DNA from: Escherichia coli
Lineage (GTDB): Bacteria > Pseudomonadota > Gammaproteobacteria > Enterobacterales > Enterobacteriaceae
Length of the DNA: 64,000 bases
Reading direction: 5' to 3' (one strand)
Assembly (NCBI RefSeq): GCF_013315695.1
Contig: NZ_CP054353.1
Made by a program: the position numbers and the translations under genes. The notes below the pieces were generated by a model. The model had not been told where the DNA came from and made no database searches. It worked only from the letters and a program-made list of their open reading frames with translations. Below, piece by piece: positions 11,640 to 23,548 of this stretch (the stretch's first letter is position 1; every line of letters begins with the position of its first letter).

Positions 11640-12887
11640 TTACAGGCTATCGATTAACAATTTGCCTTTACGGAACATCATCAGACGCAGGAACACCACC
11701 ATCAGCGCAGTAATGACTGCTCCCAGCGCGATCCCCGCCATATAGACGCCCAGGTTAGTGACCAGTGGCCATGCCCAGATAGCGGACTCCGGGAACCATT
11801 GCACTGCGCCCAGCCAGACTGCAGCGGTTGAGCCGACAATCGCGCCAACCATATAGGACGGAATGGCGGTGATGGGACTTTCCAGTGCAAACGGAATCGC
11901 ACCTTCACTGATCCCCATAAACGCCAGGAACATGGCGGTTTTACCCTGCGGATAAAGCTGAGCACTGAACAGACGTTTGCCGGTTAAACGGCGGTCGATA
12001 ATGGTCGCCAGACCCAGACCAATCGGCGGAATAACAATAGCGATGGAACGCGCGGTAACCGGTAATACGTGGTCAGTGGTAAAGCTGAAGGCAACGAAAC
12101 CAGCTGCTTTGTTGATCGGGCCACCAAGGTCGATTGCTGTCGCCGCGGCGATCCCCATCGCGTACATCAGCGCGCCCTTCTCACCTGCGGCAGTCAGCAC
12201 GGTACGGATACCGCCGTTGATCCAGCCACCAAAGGGGGTGATGACGTAGTACATCGCCAGCATGACAAAAATGGCGGAAAGAATCGGTAGCAAAAATGTG
12301 GTTTTGAACGCTAACAGGAAATCCGGTAACTGGATTTTCTGGTTCATCCACTTCACAAGGTAACCAGCAACGATAGAAATAATCAGGGCACCAATGAAGG
12401 TGGACGGCACCGGCGAAGAGGTCGCCCATTGCATAGTGCTGGGATCGAAGTTCAGCAGTTGCGTCGGCTGGGTAGACATCAAGCCGCCGATAAAACCAGC
12501 CGGGAACGCCAGTTTGCCACCGATGGAGTTCGCCACAAAAGCGGCAAACATCGGTATGGCAAAGCCAAACAGCACGCCACCAAAGGACTGTGACAGCCAG
12601 GCAAACTTCAGTAAGGAGAGGTCGAAACCGGAGAATTTCCCGCTATTAAGAGCATCCATGATGCCGATATCAGCAGGAATTTTAAGCCAGCTATAAGCAA
12701 TCAGCTGGCTGAAAGCGAGGATCACACCGCCCATAATTAAGGTCGGCACCATGCGTGAAATCCCTGACATCACATGCTGCGGGAGTTCACCCCAGAAGCT
12801 GGATTTAGAGGCCTGCGGATTCTTAACTGCCGCTGCCGCACCGGATGCGCCAGGCACAACGGTTGCACTGCGTTTTTTAATGGCCAT
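11640..12887 (-). CDS. fryC: PTS fructose-like EIIC permease, 415 aa
   Basis: Polytopic membrane protein of the PTS EIIC (fructose) family. Confidence 0.85.
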   Translation of the reverse strand: MAIKKRSATVVPGASGAAAAVKNPQASKSSFWGELPQHVMSGISRMVPTLIMGGVILAFSQLIAYSWLKIPADIGIMDALNSGKFSGFDLSLLKFAWLSQSFGGVLFGFAIPMFAAFVANSIGGKLAFPAGFIGGLMSTQPTQLLNFDPSTMQWATSSPVPSTFIGALIISIVAGYLVKWMNQKIQLPDFLLAFKTTFLLPILSAIFVMLAMYYVITPFGGWINGGIRTVLTAAGEKGALMYAMGIAAATAIDLGGPINKAAGFVAFSFTTDHVLPVTARSIAIVIPPIGLGLATIIDRRLTGKRLFSAQLYPQGKTAMFLAFMGISEGAIPFALESPITAIPSYMVGAIVGSTAAVWLGAVQWFPESAIWAWPLVTNLGVYMAGIALGAVITALMVVFLRLMMFRKGKLLIDSL

Positions 12888-12908
12888 AACAATTATCCCT
12901 GTCGAATA

Positions 12909-13235
12909 TTACTGTTGTTCAGAGGCAATCATCTCTTCGATTTCTTTGATGATTCCCGCAGCGTTTTTAATTGTGTCCTGCAAAGTGATTTCATAAACGT
13001 CGCGTGATTCGAAACGTTCGTTATCTTCCGGGGTAACTGCCACGGAGTGGATGATGATGGTCGCTTCGGCGATATCCTGCGCCGTCAGGCGATTCTGGAT
13101 ACCGTCCGCGCCCTGGGTTTCAATTTTCACTTCATAACCGGCTTCTACCGCCGCTTCTTCCAGCGCCTGAGCGGCCATAAAAGTGTGAGCCAGGCCCATT
13201 GGGCAGGCACATAAGGCAATCAGTTTCTTACTCAT
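12909..13235 (-). CDS. fryB: PTS fructose-like EIIB, 108 aa
   Basis: Small soluble protein with active-site cysteine motif (ALCACPMGLAHTFMAA); first gene of the fry operon. Confidence 0.85.
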   Translation of the reverse strand: MSKKLIALCACPMGLAHTFMAAQALEEAAVEAGYEVKIETQGADGIQNRLTAQDIAEATIIIHSVAVTPEDNERFESRDVYEITLQDTIKNAAGIIKEIEEMIASEQQ

Positions 13236-13416
13236 CGTTAATTCCTCGTTCAGTGATAGTTAACGAGTGAAATTATGAACGTGCAAAACAAATCGCCGTT
13301 ACCAGACAAATAATGCATTTACTGGAGAATTAATCCCGCTGTACGGAAGTGTGACGCAGGTCGGCCTTGTGAGGGGACACAAAGAAAAATTGAATTAACT
13401 GTATGATTTAAAAGAT

Positions 13417-13440
13417 TATCGGGAGAGTTACCTCCCGATA
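13417..13440 (-). terminator. hairpin terminator downstream of glk
   Basis: TATCGGGAG-AGTTAC-CTCCCGATA perfect 9-bp stem, 14 bp beyond the glk stop, followed on the minus strand by AATCTTTT. Confidence 0.5.
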
Positions 13441-13453
13441 TAACAGGAAGGAT

Positions 13454-14419
13454 TTAGAGAATGTGACCTAAGGTCTGGCGTAAATGTGCACCGGAACCGA
13501 GAAGACCCGGATTGTCATGGACGATGAGATATACCGGAATATCATGGACATATTCCTTAAAGCGCCCTTTATCTTCAAATGCGGCGCGGAAACCAGAGGC
13601 TTTGAAGAACTCAAGGAAGCGCGGCACGATACCACCCGCAATAAACACGCCGCCAAATGTCCCGAGATTGAGCGCCAGATTGCCGCCAAAACGGCCCATA
13701 ATGACGCAAAACAGCGACAACGCGCGGCGGCAATCGGTGCAGCTGTCAGCCAGCGCGCGTTCGGTAATATCTTTTGGCTTGAGATTTTCTGGCAGGCGGT
13801 TGTCGGCTTTAACAATTGCGCGATACAAATTCACCAGCCCAGGGCCAGAAAGCACGCGCTCTGCCGAAACATGACCAATTTCTGCACGCAGTATTTCGAG
13901 GATAATGCCCTCTTCTTCACTATTCGGCGCAAAATCAACGTGACCGCCTTCGCCTGGCAAGCTTACCCAACGCTTATCGACATGGACCAGATGCGCAACC
14001 CCTAGCCCCGTTCCGGCACCGTAAACCGCAATAGGCTTACCTTCTACCGGTTCTGCGCCACCAAACTGAATCAGATGCTCTTTTTTCAGCATCGGGATCG
14101 CCATCGATACAGCAGTAAAATCGTTAATAATTTCCAGATGGCTAAAACCGAGATTCTTTTTCATTTCGGCAATTGAGAACGCCCAGGTATGGTTGGTCAT
14201 TGCCACCCAGTCACCGGTAATTGGGCAAGCGATGGCAATACAGCCGTCTTTCACCTCGACCTTATGTTCTTCAAGATAAACGCGAATGACCGCTTCGAGG
14301 CTGGGGTAATCAAGCCCTGAATAGGTCTTAGCCTGCGAGATTTCACCACTGGCAATATCACACAGAGCAAGACGTGCGTTGGTGCCGCCCACATCACCGA
14401 CTAATGCATACTTTGTCAT
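13454..14419 (-). CDS. glk: glucokinase, 321 aa
   Basis: N-terminal [12 protein letters not shown]-binding motif; full-length glucokinase. Confidence 0.95.
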   Translation of the reverse strand: MTKYALVGDVGGTNARLALCDIASGEISQAKTYSGLDYPSLEAVIRVYLEEHKVEVKDGCIAIACPITGDWVAMTNHTWAFSIAEMKKNLGFSHLEIINDFTAVSMAIPMLKKEHLIQFGGAEPVEGKPIAVYGAGTGLGVAHLVHVDKRWVSLPGEGGHVDFAPNSEEEGIILEILRAEIGHVSAERVLSGPGLVNLYRAIVKADNRLPENLKPKDITERALADSCTDCRRALSLFCVIMGRFGGNLALNLGTFGGVFIAGGIVPRFLEFFKASGFRAAFEDKGRFKEYVHDIPVYLIVHDNPGLLGSGAHLRQTLGHIL

Positions 14420-14622
14420 TCTTCAACTGCTCCGCTAAAGTCAAAATAATTCTTTCTCACACTGTAAATACCTGGGGGCATAACAACAACGCCGGAAAGG
14501 CAGGCTCCCTGTAAATATCGATCTGGGTCACACAATTACTTTATCGTTTCAGCACCAATTGCAGCGATGCCTTTTTGCAAGCTGGGCAAACTAAGTATCT
14601 GACCCCGCATAAGGAATAGAAC

Positions 14623-15879
14623 ATGCTCCATCCGCGAGCCAGAACCATGTTGTTATTATCGCTCCCCGCCGTGGCAATTGGGATTGCGTCCAGTCTTATT
14701 CTGATTGTGGTGATGAAAATCGCCTCGGTATTACAGAATTTGCTCTGGCTACGACTGCCGGGAACTCTGGGGATAGCCCAGGATTCACCTTTCTGGATCA
14801 TCGCCATATTAACGCTAACAGGTATTGCGGTGGGGTTGGTTATCCGTTTCAGCCAGGGGCATGCTGGACCAGACCCCGCCTGTGAACCGCTGATCGGCGC
14901 ACCGGTTCCGCCCTCTGCGCTACCAGGACTTATCGTAGCATTAATTCTCGGTCTTGCTGGCGGCGTCAGCCTGGGGCCGGAACATCCGATCATGACCGTC
15001 AATATCGCCCTTGCGGTTGCGATAGGTGCTCGTCTGTTACCGCGCGTCAACCGGATGGAGTGGACAATTTTAGCCTCTGCTGGAACCATCGGCGCGCTGT
15101 TTGGCACACCTGTTGCGGCGGCGTTGATATTTTCGCAAACCTTAAATGGCAGTAGTGAAGTCCCGCTATGGGATCGTCTCTTTGCGCCGTTAATGGCGGC
15201 GGCGGCTGGTGCGCTAACCACCGGATTGTTTTTCCATCCTCATTTTTCACTGCCCATTGCGCATTATGGGCAGATGGAGATGACCGATATTCTCAGCGGT
15301 GCAATTGTGGCGGCGATTGCCATCGCAGCAGGGATGGTTGCCGTATGGTGTCTGCCACGGTTGCACGCGATGATGCATCAGATTAAAAATCCGGTGCTAA
15401 TGCTGGGAGTGGGCGGATTTATTCTCGGTATTCTGGGGGTTATTGCTGGACCAGTTTCGCTATTTAAAGGGCTGGATGAGATGCAGCAGATGGTGGCAAA
15501 TCAGGCTTTCAGCACCAGCGATTACTTTTTGCTGGCCGTGATTAAACTTGCCGCTCTCGTGGTTGCTGCCGCCAGTGGCTTTCGCGGTGGGCGAATCTTC
15601 CCGGCAGTGTTTGTCGGGGTGGCATTAGGGTTGATGCTGCATGAGCACGTTCCCGCCGTTCCAGCGGCAATAACCGTTTCCTGCGCTATTCTCGGCATCG
15701 TGCTGGTGGTAACACGCGATGGCTGGTTAAGTCTTTTTATGGCGGCAGTCGTTGTACCCAATACCACATTGCTACCGCTGCTCTGTATCGTCATGCTTCC
15801 GGCATGGCTGTTATTAGCAGGTAAGCCGATGATGATGGTCAATCGTCCGAAGCAACAGCCACCCCACGATAACGTTTAG
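14623..15879 (+). CDS. yfeO: ClC-family putative ion channel/transporter, 418 aa
   Basis: Polytopic membrane protein with Gly/Ala-rich helices; divergent from glk. Confidence 0.85.
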   Translation: MLHPRARTMLLLSLPAVAIGIASSLILIVVMKIASVLQNLLWLRLPGTLGIAQDSPFWIIAILTLTGIAVGLVIRFSQGHAGPDPACEPLIGAPVPPSALPGLIVALILGLAGGVSLGPEHPIMTVNIALAVAIGARLLPRVNRMEWTILASAGTIGALFGTPVAAALIFSQTLNGSSEVPLWDRLFAPLMAAAAGALTTGLFFHPHFSLPIAHYGQMEMTDILSGAIVAAIAIAAGMVAVWCLPRLHAMMHQIKNPVLMLGVGGFILGILGVIAGPVSLFKGLDEMQQMVANQAFSTSDYFLLAVIKLAALVVAAASGFRGGRIFPAVFVGVALGLMLHEHVPAVPAAITVSCAILGIVLVVTRDGWLSLFMAAVVVPNTTLLPLLCIVMLPAWLLLAGKPMMMVNRPKQQPPHDNV

Positions 15880-15993
15880 CAAAAAATGCTCTCCTTTATG
15901 ATTTAAGAGTTATGGCGATGATACGGGGCTTTACCTCCCCGTAATATTGCGTTAACAGGCCGCTGACGGCTTCGATCGTGAAGGAGAATAACA

Positions 15994-16320
15994 ATGTTCA
16001 GGTCACTGTTTCTGGCGGCCGCCCTGATGGCATTTACCCCGCTTGCGGCAAACGCAGGTGAAATCACCCTACTGCCATCAATCAAATTACAAATTGGCGA
16101 TCGCGATCATTACGGTAATTACTGGGACGGTGGTCACTGGCGCGACCGTGACTACTGGCATCGCAATTATGAATGGCGTAAGAACCGCTGGTGGCGTCAT
16201 GATAATGGCTACCACCGTGGCTGGGATAAGCGTAAAGCCTATGAGCGTGGCTATCGTGAAGGCTGGCGCGATCGTGACGATCATCGCGGAAAAGGCCGCG
16301 GACATGGGCATCGCCATTAA
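15994..16320 (+). CDS. ypeC: secreted low-complexity Arg/Asp/Trp/His-rich protein, 108 aa (YpeC-like)
   Basis: Signal peptide [21 protein letters not shown] then repetitive RD(R/H)xYW-type motifs ending GRGHGHRH. Confidence 0.8.
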
Positions 16321-16344
16321 ACACATTTGCCAATGGAGCACAAT

Positions 16345-16380
16345 GCCTGATGCGACGCTAGTGCGTCTTATCAGGCCTAC
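16345..16380. repeat. REP (repetitive extragenic palindrome) element
   Basis: GCCTGATGCGACGCTAGTGCGTCTTATCAGGCCTAC, classic enterobacterial REP palindrome in the ypeC-mntH gap. Confidence 0.8.
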
Positions 16381-16398
16381 AAACCGGCTCTTTAACGC

Positions 16399-16433
16399 GT
16401 AGGGCGGATAAGGCGTTTTACGCCGCATCCGCC
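16399..16433. repeat. second REP element (inverted relative to the first)
   Basis: GTAGGGCGGATAAGGCGTTTTACGCCGCATCCGCC; with the previous repeat forms a BIME-like pair. Confidence 0.7.
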
Positions 16434-16461
16434 AGTGGTGCCTGCTCCGACACCAGTTCCA

Positions 16462-17709
<1,248 letters not shown>

Positions 17710-17712
17710 CTA

Positions 17713-17734
17713 AAACATAGCCTTTGCTATGTTT
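17713..17734 (-). promoter_or_regulatory. MntR operator in the mntH promoter
   Basis: AAACATAGC-N4-GCTATGTTT inverted repeat 13 bp upstream of mntH start; matches the published MntR box AAACATAGCAAAGGCTATGTTT read on the minus strand. Confidence 0.6.
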
Positions 17735-17749
17735 CATGCTATGTCAAAC

Positions 17750-17768
17750 GAGAATGATTATCAAATTC
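17750..17768 (-). promoter_or_regulatory. candidate Fur box in the mntH promoter
   Basis: GAGAATGATTATCAAATTC matches the 19-bp Fur consensus GATAATGATAATCATTATC at 14 of 19 positions by eye. Confidence 0.4.
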
Positions 17769-18035
17769 ATTTAAGTGGATTGTGATGATTTCTTTGATAG
17801 ACCAGAATTATGACGACGAAAAGATTGATGACTTGAATGTTGTGATTATGTTTAATGTTAGCACATTTACATAACTTTCAGCTTCCATACACAACATAGC
17901 AGAAATGTATGACAGCTCACTATTTTTGAAGCTTGTCACAGGACGTCATTATAGTGTGTGTCAGATCTCGTTTTCCTTAACCATGTTACATAGAATGTGC
18001 ACGGAAATTTAACCTGCCTCATATTTGGAGCAAAT

Positions 18036-19238
18036 ATGGACCGCGTCCTTCATTTTGTACTGGCACTTGCCGTTGTTGCGATTCTCGCACTGCTGGTAAG
18101 CAGCGACCGCAAAAAAATTCGTATCCGTTATGTTATTCAACTGCTTGTTATCGAAGTGTTACTGGCGTGGTTCTTCCTGAACTCCGACGTTGGTTTAGGC
18201 TTCGTGAAAGGCTTCTCCGAAATGTTCGAAAAACTGCTCGGATTTGCCAACGAAGGGACTAACTTCGTCTTTGGTAGCATGAATGATCAAGGCCTGGCAT
18301 TCTTCTTTCTGAAAGTGCTGTGCCCAATCGTCTTTATCTCTGCATTGATCGGTATTCTCCAGCACATTCGCGTGTTGCCAGTGATTATCCGCGCAATTGG
18401 TTTCCTGCTTTCCAAAGTCAACGGTATGGGCAAACTGGAATCCTTTAACGCCGTCAGCTCCCTGATTCTGGGTCAGTCTGAAAACTTTATTGCCTATAAA
18501 GATATCCTCGGCAAAATCTCCCGCAATCGTATGTACACCATGGCAGCAACGGCGATGTCCACCGTGTCGATGTCCATCGTTGGTGCATACATGACCATGC
18601 TGGAGCCGAAATATGTCGTTGCGGCGCTGGTACTGAACATGTTCAGCACCTTTATCGTGCTGTCGCTGATCAACCCTTACCGTGTTGATGCCAGTGAAGA
18701 AAACATTCAGATGTCCAACCTGCACGAAGGTCAGAGCTTCTTCGAAATGCTGGGTGAATACATTCTGGCAGGTTTCAAAGTTGCCATTATCGTTGCCGCA
18801 ATGCTGATCGGCTTTATCGCCCTGATCGCCGCGCTGAACGCACTGTTTGCTACCGTGACTGGCTGGTTTGGCTACAGCATCTCCTTCCAGGGCATCCTGG
18901 GCTACATCTTCTATCCGATTGCATGGGTGATGGGTGTTCCTTCCAGTGAAGCACTGCAAGTGGGCAGTATCATGGCGACCAAACTGGTTTCCAACGAGTT
19001 CGTTGCGATGATGGATCTGCAGAAAATTGCTTCCACGCTCTCTCCGCGTGCTGAAGGCATCATCTCTGTGTTCCTGGTTTCCTTCGCTAACTTCTCATCA
19101 ATCGGGATTATCGCAGGTGCAGTTAAAGGCCTGAATGAAGAGCAAGGTAACGTGGTTTCTCGCTTCGGTCTGAAACTGGTTTACGGCTCTACCCTGGTGA
19201 GTGTGCTGTCTGCGTCAATCGCAGCACTGGTGCTGTAA
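18036..19238 (+). CDS. nupC: concentrative nucleoside:H+ symporter (CNT family), 400 aa
   Basis: ORF 17997-19238; chose ATG at 18036 (MDRVLHF) with GGAG upstream. Confidence 0.9.
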
Positions 19239-19257
19239 GACCATACATAAAAAAGCC

Positions 19258-19270
19258 GGGGATAATTCCC
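19258..19270. repeat. left 13-bp target-site duplication of IS4
   Basis: GGGGATAATTCCC immediately outside the IS4 end; identical copy at 20697-20709. Confidence 0.75.
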
Positions 19271-20696
19271 TAATGCCAGTCAGTTAAGCAACTGACTGGC
19301 TCTTTTTCGGGGCTGTGGGGTATTTCCAGGGCCTCTCCTTTACCACTCTCGGGAAGGCCCTTTCCCTTCTTGTCGGTAATTTCACAAGTTGTCCCATACT
19401 TGCAAGATCGCGCATCAGCTCCGGTATACGTCCCGGTGAAGCGCCCTGCAATGTCATCAGCATTCTCATCACCATTCCGCATGATTCTGAGAAACTCAGT
19501 TGATTCGGCCAGTAACCTTTCAGATGTTCCGCCATTTTAATCATCTGATATCTCACCAGATTATAAGCCAGTAAGACACCCCACAGCTCTTGCTCCACAA
19601 GCTCCGGTTTTTTACTTCTCAGCGTCAGCCTGCTCAGTTGCATCGTCTGTTTTATCTCCCTGTATCCCAGTTCGATTTCCCAGCGATGACTGTACAGATC
19701 CGCCATTTCTCCTCCGGGGAAGCGCATGGCGTCCGTCATCGACGTCAGCAGATGGCAGACTTTTCCTTTGCGCGTCACGGTCAGCAGGCGGGCTGTCACT
19801 TCATTTCCCAGTCCCGGCCACTTTTTTCGTGCCTGCGGGCTGGTTTTCAGCTTCACCAGATGATCGCCTTTACCCAGTTTTCTGATCTCTTCATATTGCG
19901 CTCCCTTTCTGAGAGGTATCATCCAGTGGCGGTGTTCTCCCGCCAGGCTCCAGGCATTTAACAGTCCCAGTGAGTAATAACCTTTATCCATTAACGTCAG
20001 AGTGTTATCGCCGGTTTGTTCTATAAGTTGCTCAGCAAGCTCATTTTCGCTGTTCTTCATCGTGCCGAAGGCTGCAGCCGTCAGCAGATGGCTGGTCAGT
20101 TCCATCTGGCAGACCATTTTGACCTGCGGGTAGAGCGCCGGGTTCCCGGCATGTGTCTGGCGGGGGAAGGCTGCATCGTTCTCTGGTGTATCCGGTGTGC
20201 GCCAGAACACACCATCGATGGCCAGCAGGGTCAGGCCGCACCAGTGCGGATGCGGCGTGGCGTTATGCCAGAGCTGCGCTGTTTTCGTGAACACGCGGCG
20301 GACAGCCTCACTTCCCAGGCGCTGGCGGGCCTGAATAACGGCACTGGGGGCAACGAAGGGGCGATTGCCCGGCAGCATGATGTCCAGGCGATTCACAATC
20401 TGGTGAAGAGGTTCTTTACGCTCAAGCGCCATGCCAACAATACACCAGACCATCATTTCGAGGGGAAGACGGCGCTTGCGTAGCGTTACAGTACCTGATT
20501 CGGCAAGGCAACGAGAGATGAGTTCGGGGTCGAGGTAATCCCCCAGAGAAGTCAGTGGGTTACGCAGAGAATCGTAACGGGATACCAGATCAAGAGCCTG
20601 TCCAATGTGCATAAAAAAATCCGGAAACAAGTGAGCGTTTCCGGATTCTTACACAGCCACTGGATCGGTCAACTGATCCTTAACTGATCGGCATTA
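19271..20696 (-). mobile_element. IS4 insertion sequence, complete (1426 bp)
   Basis: Terminal inverted repeats TAATGCCAGTCAGTTAAG (19271-19288) and TAATGCCGATCAGTTAAG (reverse complement of 20679-20696), 16 of 18 identical; length exactly 1426 bp; one 442-aa IS4-family transposase ORF; flanked by a 13-bp direct repeat. Confidence 0.85.
19284..20612 (-). CDS. insG: IS4 transposase (DDE, IS4 family), 442 aa
   Basis: ORF 19284-20630; ATG at 20612 gives MHIGQALDL... (442 aa), with an in-frame TTG 6 codons upstream; contains the IS4-family YREK signature ([15 protein letters not shown]). Confidence 0.85.
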   Translation of the reverse strand: MHIGQALDLVSRYDSLRNPLTSLGDYLDPELISRCLAESGTVTLRKRRLPLEMMVWCIVGMALERKEPLHQIVNRLDIMLPGNRPFVAPSAVIQARQRLGSEAVRRVFTKTAQLWHNATPHPHWCGLTLLAIDGVFWRTPDTPENDAAFPRQTHAGNPALYPQVKMVCQMELTSHLLTAAAFGTMKNSENELAEQLIEQTGDNTLTLMDKGYYSLGLLNAWSLAGEHRHWMIPLRKGAQYEEIRKLGKGDHLVKLKTSPQARKKWPGLGNEVTARLLTVTRKGKVCHLLTSMTDAMRFPGGEMADLYSHRWEIELGYREIKQTMQLSRLTLRSKKPELVEQELWGVLLAYNLVRYQMIKMAEHLKGYWPNQLSFSESCGMVMRMLMTLQGASPGRIPELMRDLASMGQLVKLPTRRERAFPRVVKERPWKYPTAPKKSQSVA

Positions 20697-20709
20697 GGGG
20701 ATAATTCCC
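20697..20709. repeat. right 13-bp target-site duplication of IS4
   Basis: GGGGATAATTCCC; removing IS4 and one copy restores the palindrome AAAAAAGCCGGGGATAATTCCCCGGTTTTTT. Confidence 0.75.
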
Positions 20710-20725
20710 CGGTTTTTTACGCCTG

Positions 20726-22915
20726 TTAATCAGCTAATGGCTGCGGGCGACCAATCAAATACCCTTGCAGATATTGCACCCCGAGCTTATGCAATAGCGC
20801 CTGCTGCTGTTGCGTCTCGACAAACTCAGCGACCACACTCAATGACTTCGCTTTCGCCAGATCGGTAATTGATCTCACAATCATCGCATCCAGCGTATTC
20901 GTGACGATATCTTTCACAAAGACGCCATCAATTTTGATGATATCAGCCTGCAAACGTTTTAACCGTTCGTAGTTGGCATAGCCGGTGCCAAAGTCATCAA
21001 TCGCAATCCGGAAACCAAACTTATGCAGTTGCTCGATGTTGTACATGCTGCTTTCTGCGTTAGAAAACGCCTGCTCCTCGGTGATCTCAAGAATGACCGC
21101 CTGCGGGGAGATGTAATAACGCTTAAACAGACGAATAATCCGCCCGGCAATATTCTTTTGCAGCAGCGTGAGCGGCATTAAATTGACTGAAAATCGTGGA
21201 CCTTTTTTGTCGCAAGGGTGTGTTGCCAGCCATTTCAACAAGGATTCCAGCACTTGCAAATCAAAACGCGCGCTAAGGTTAAACTGAGCAATAAGGGGCA
21301 GAAACTTATCCGGGGTCATAATGCCGCCGTCATACTTCAGTCGCGCGAGGATCTCATCATAACCTTCACCCTCTTTGTTGCGAATTGGCTGGGCGTAGAG
21401 CAGCAAATCACCTTGATCTAACGCCGTGCGAATGGTATTCAGCAATAGCACCTGTTTAGTGGTTTGCCCGGAAACCATCTCCTCTCTGCTATCCAGCGCC
21501 AGCACATGATGATGTGCGCAGGATTGCTCCGCCAGCCAGCTTAACTGCCCCAACAAGGGTTGCAGGGTTTCCTGATTTCCATCAAAATGCCCCCAGGCAG
21601 CACCATAGCCCATATCCAGCCCGGTATTGTTCCAGTGAATTTGCCGACTATTCAGGATGTTAACCATATGCTGGAGTCGCCCTTCCGTTTCCGGTCCACT
21701 CAGCACTAACAGCAGTTCACTACCCGGCAATTGATACAACTTTTCGTTTTCCTGCATCAACGGCAGCAGCGTACGGTAAATTGAGCTGATACAGTGAACG
21801 CGCATCATTAAGCCGTAATGACGACTCATAAACTCAAGATTATCAATGCGCAGGCAACAAAAACTCTTGCCCGCCTCTTGCTCCGGCGCTTGCTCCAACG
21901 CACGAAAGTTGGGTAGGAGCGTTAACGGATCGGTCAGCGCCTGCAAATGCCAGCGGCGGTTAAGCCATTCACTACGATGATAAATACGCACCATATAGAG
22001 CAGGCAAACACTAAAGGAAATCAGTACTGCGAGAATAAATGCCAGCGAATATTCGGTTAGTACCCCTTGCAAAAAGTTCTGGTTATAATTCAGAAGGCAA
22101 AGCGTTGAAACAGCCCAGGTGAGATTTAAAAACGGATAGCGAAGCTTACCGACACCGAGGGTAAAGATGATAAAGAAAACAGGTACCAGGTAACCGGCAA
22201 TAAAGTCATTTTCATACGGTGTGCACATCAGAAGTAGCAGCACGCTAAGAGCTGCCAGCCAGCTTAAGGTAAATGCGCGTTTCTCTTTGCTCAACGACGG
22301 AGCGATATCCCTACGCCACAATATCTGTGCAAAGTGGGGACTTACAATCATGCGGGTGAGATAGTAAAAAAGCATGTTGTAAATCAGCACTGCGGTGAAA
22401 AGGCTTAGCAAATCAACGACCGTGAAAATGGCATCCGCATCGCCGAAAAAGGTAGATATCTTTAGCGGAAAATCAAAGAAATTTCCCACAAGATACATGC
22501 TGCATTTGATGCCAATCGGCGCCACCAAACCAAGCCAGAACAGACGTTGCCAGACGTATCGGCTGGTCAATCCATAACGCCAACGCGTCCCCAATTGCAA
22601 GCGTAATATTGCACAGGCACACAGGACTGCAAACGCCTGGCTGCCGATCATGACGGCGGTCTGTAAAAAAGTGAGATGAAGGTTCCACAGATTGGTGCAA
22701 AACATCCCGCATAAAATGGGAACGACACCACGCCAGCCAAAGATAAACAAGATTGACAGCATTACGCACAGTGGCATCCACGCCAGAAAGATATAATTGG
22801 AATGGATAACAGCAAGTGGCGAAATTAAACGGGATAGCTGAATAAGTACCACGGTGAGCGTAAACGCTAGTGTGAATATCTTGATATTTTTTATCAGGTT
22901 ATGCTCCACAAACAT
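20726..22915 (-). CDS. pdeA: c-di-GMP phosphodiesterase with N-terminal membrane sensor, degenerate GGDEF and EAL domains, 729 aa
   Basis: ORF 20726-22975; chose ATG at 22915 (MFVEHNLIK); multi-TM N-terminus and C-terminal EAL-type sequence (EITEEQAF..., DDFGTGYA). Confidence 0.8.
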   Translation of the reverse strand: MFVEHNLIKNIKIFTLAFTLTVVLIQLSRLISPLAVIHSNYIFLAWMPLCVMLSILFIFGWRGVVPILCGMFCTNLWNLHLTFLQTAVMIGSQAFAVLCACAILRLQLGTRWRYGLTSRYVWQRLFWLGLVAPIGIKCSMYLVGNFFDFPLKISTFFGDADAIFTVVDLLSLFTAVLIYNMLFYYLTRMIVSPHFAQILWRRDIAPSLSKEKRAFTLSWLAALSVLLLLMCTPYENDFIAGYLVPVFFIIFTLGVGKLRYPFLNLTWAVSTLCLLNYNQNFLQGVLTEYSLAFILAVLISFSVCLLYMVRIYHRSEWLNRRWHLQALTDPLTLLPNFRALEQAPEQEAGKSFCCLRIDNLEFMSRHYGLMMRVHCISSIYRTLLPLMQENEKLYQLPGSELLLVLSGPETEGRLQHMVNILNSRQIHWNNTGLDMGYGAAWGHFDGNQETLQPLLGQLSWLAEQSCAHHHVLALDSREEMVSGQTTKQVLLLNTIRTALDQGDLLLYAQPIRNKEGEGYDEILARLKYDGGIMTPDKFLPLIAQFNLSARFDLQVLESLLKWLATHPCDKKGPRFSVNLMPLTLLQKNIAGRIIRLFKRYYISPQAVILEITEEQAFSNAESSMYNIEQLHKFGFRIAIDDFGTGYANYERLKRLQADIIKIDGVFVKDIVTNTLDAMIVRSITDLAKAKSLSVVAEFVETQQQQALLHKLGVQYLQGYLIGRPQPLAD

Positions 22916-23087
22916 GAGTAAACTACTCTCACTGATCGGGGTTTTCAGGCACACAAATAATAAGTTTATTCGCATCGCGAAGCAAACAGGGGCCAGCCTG
23001 TTGCCGATTTTTCATCCAATGATGCTTTCACCAGGCGGCGCTAACCCGGACGTAGACTGTATTACAAAAGCGGCAAAAAGCAGAGAC

Positions 23088-23118
23088 AAAAAACCCCCGC
23101 TTTACAGCGAGGGTTTGA
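23088..23118 (-). terminator. rho-independent terminator after the tRNA-Ala pair
   Basis: Minus-strand reading AAACCCTCGC-TGTAAA-GCGGGGGTTT followed by TTTTTGTC, directly after the tRNA 3' end. Confidence 0.7.
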
Positions 23119-23122
23119 AATT

Positions 23123-23198
<76 letters not shown>

Positions 23199-23237
23199 AC
23201 GAGTCGTTTACGTACCAATTTTGTTGGGTGCAAAATT

Positions 23238-23313
<76 letters not shown>

Positions 23314-23345
23314 GTCACGTAAAGCTTGTCGAGTTGACGGGCGGC

Positions 23346-23374
23346 ATCATATGAATTCCGCCCGAATGTGTCAA
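23346..23374 (-). promoter_or_regulatory. sigma70 promoter of the alaW-alaX tRNA operon
   Basis: Minus-strand TTGACA (-35), 17-bp spacer, TATGAT (-10), then GC-rich discriminator GCCGCCC typical of stringently controlled stable-RNA promoters. Confidence 0.6.
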
Positions 23375-23548
23375 CGGCAAATTGCAACGTGTAGTTTCAA
23401 TCGCTGAAAAATCAGGCAAATGAACAATTTTGGAAAACCGCTCGCATTCAGTAGTTATTCATGTCACGGTTTCCTGTAAAGTGGTGTTATAAAATGAACT
23501 ACTAATAGACCCACATACATTCAGGGAATTGTTATGTTCAAGGAGAGG

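Noticed and set aside
16043-16428. Overlapping alternative ORFs (119 aa plus-strand, 113 aa minus-strand) across ypeC
   Set aside because: Only the 15994-16320 frame has a signal peptide and a coherent repeat structure; the others are frame artefacts of the repetitive sequence.
17781-17862. TGTGA-containing segments upstream of nupC as CRP/CytR sites
   Set aside because: Half-site-like matches are visible, but none fits TGTGA-N6-TCACA spacing convincingly by eye; not reported as a feature without a matrix scan.
19271-20696. Possibility that the IS between nupC and pdeA is IS186, as in the K-12 reference
   Set aside because: The element is 1426 bp with a 442-aa transposase and 18-bp inverted repeats, which fits IS4 and not IS186 (about 1.3 kb, about 370-aa transposase, from memory).
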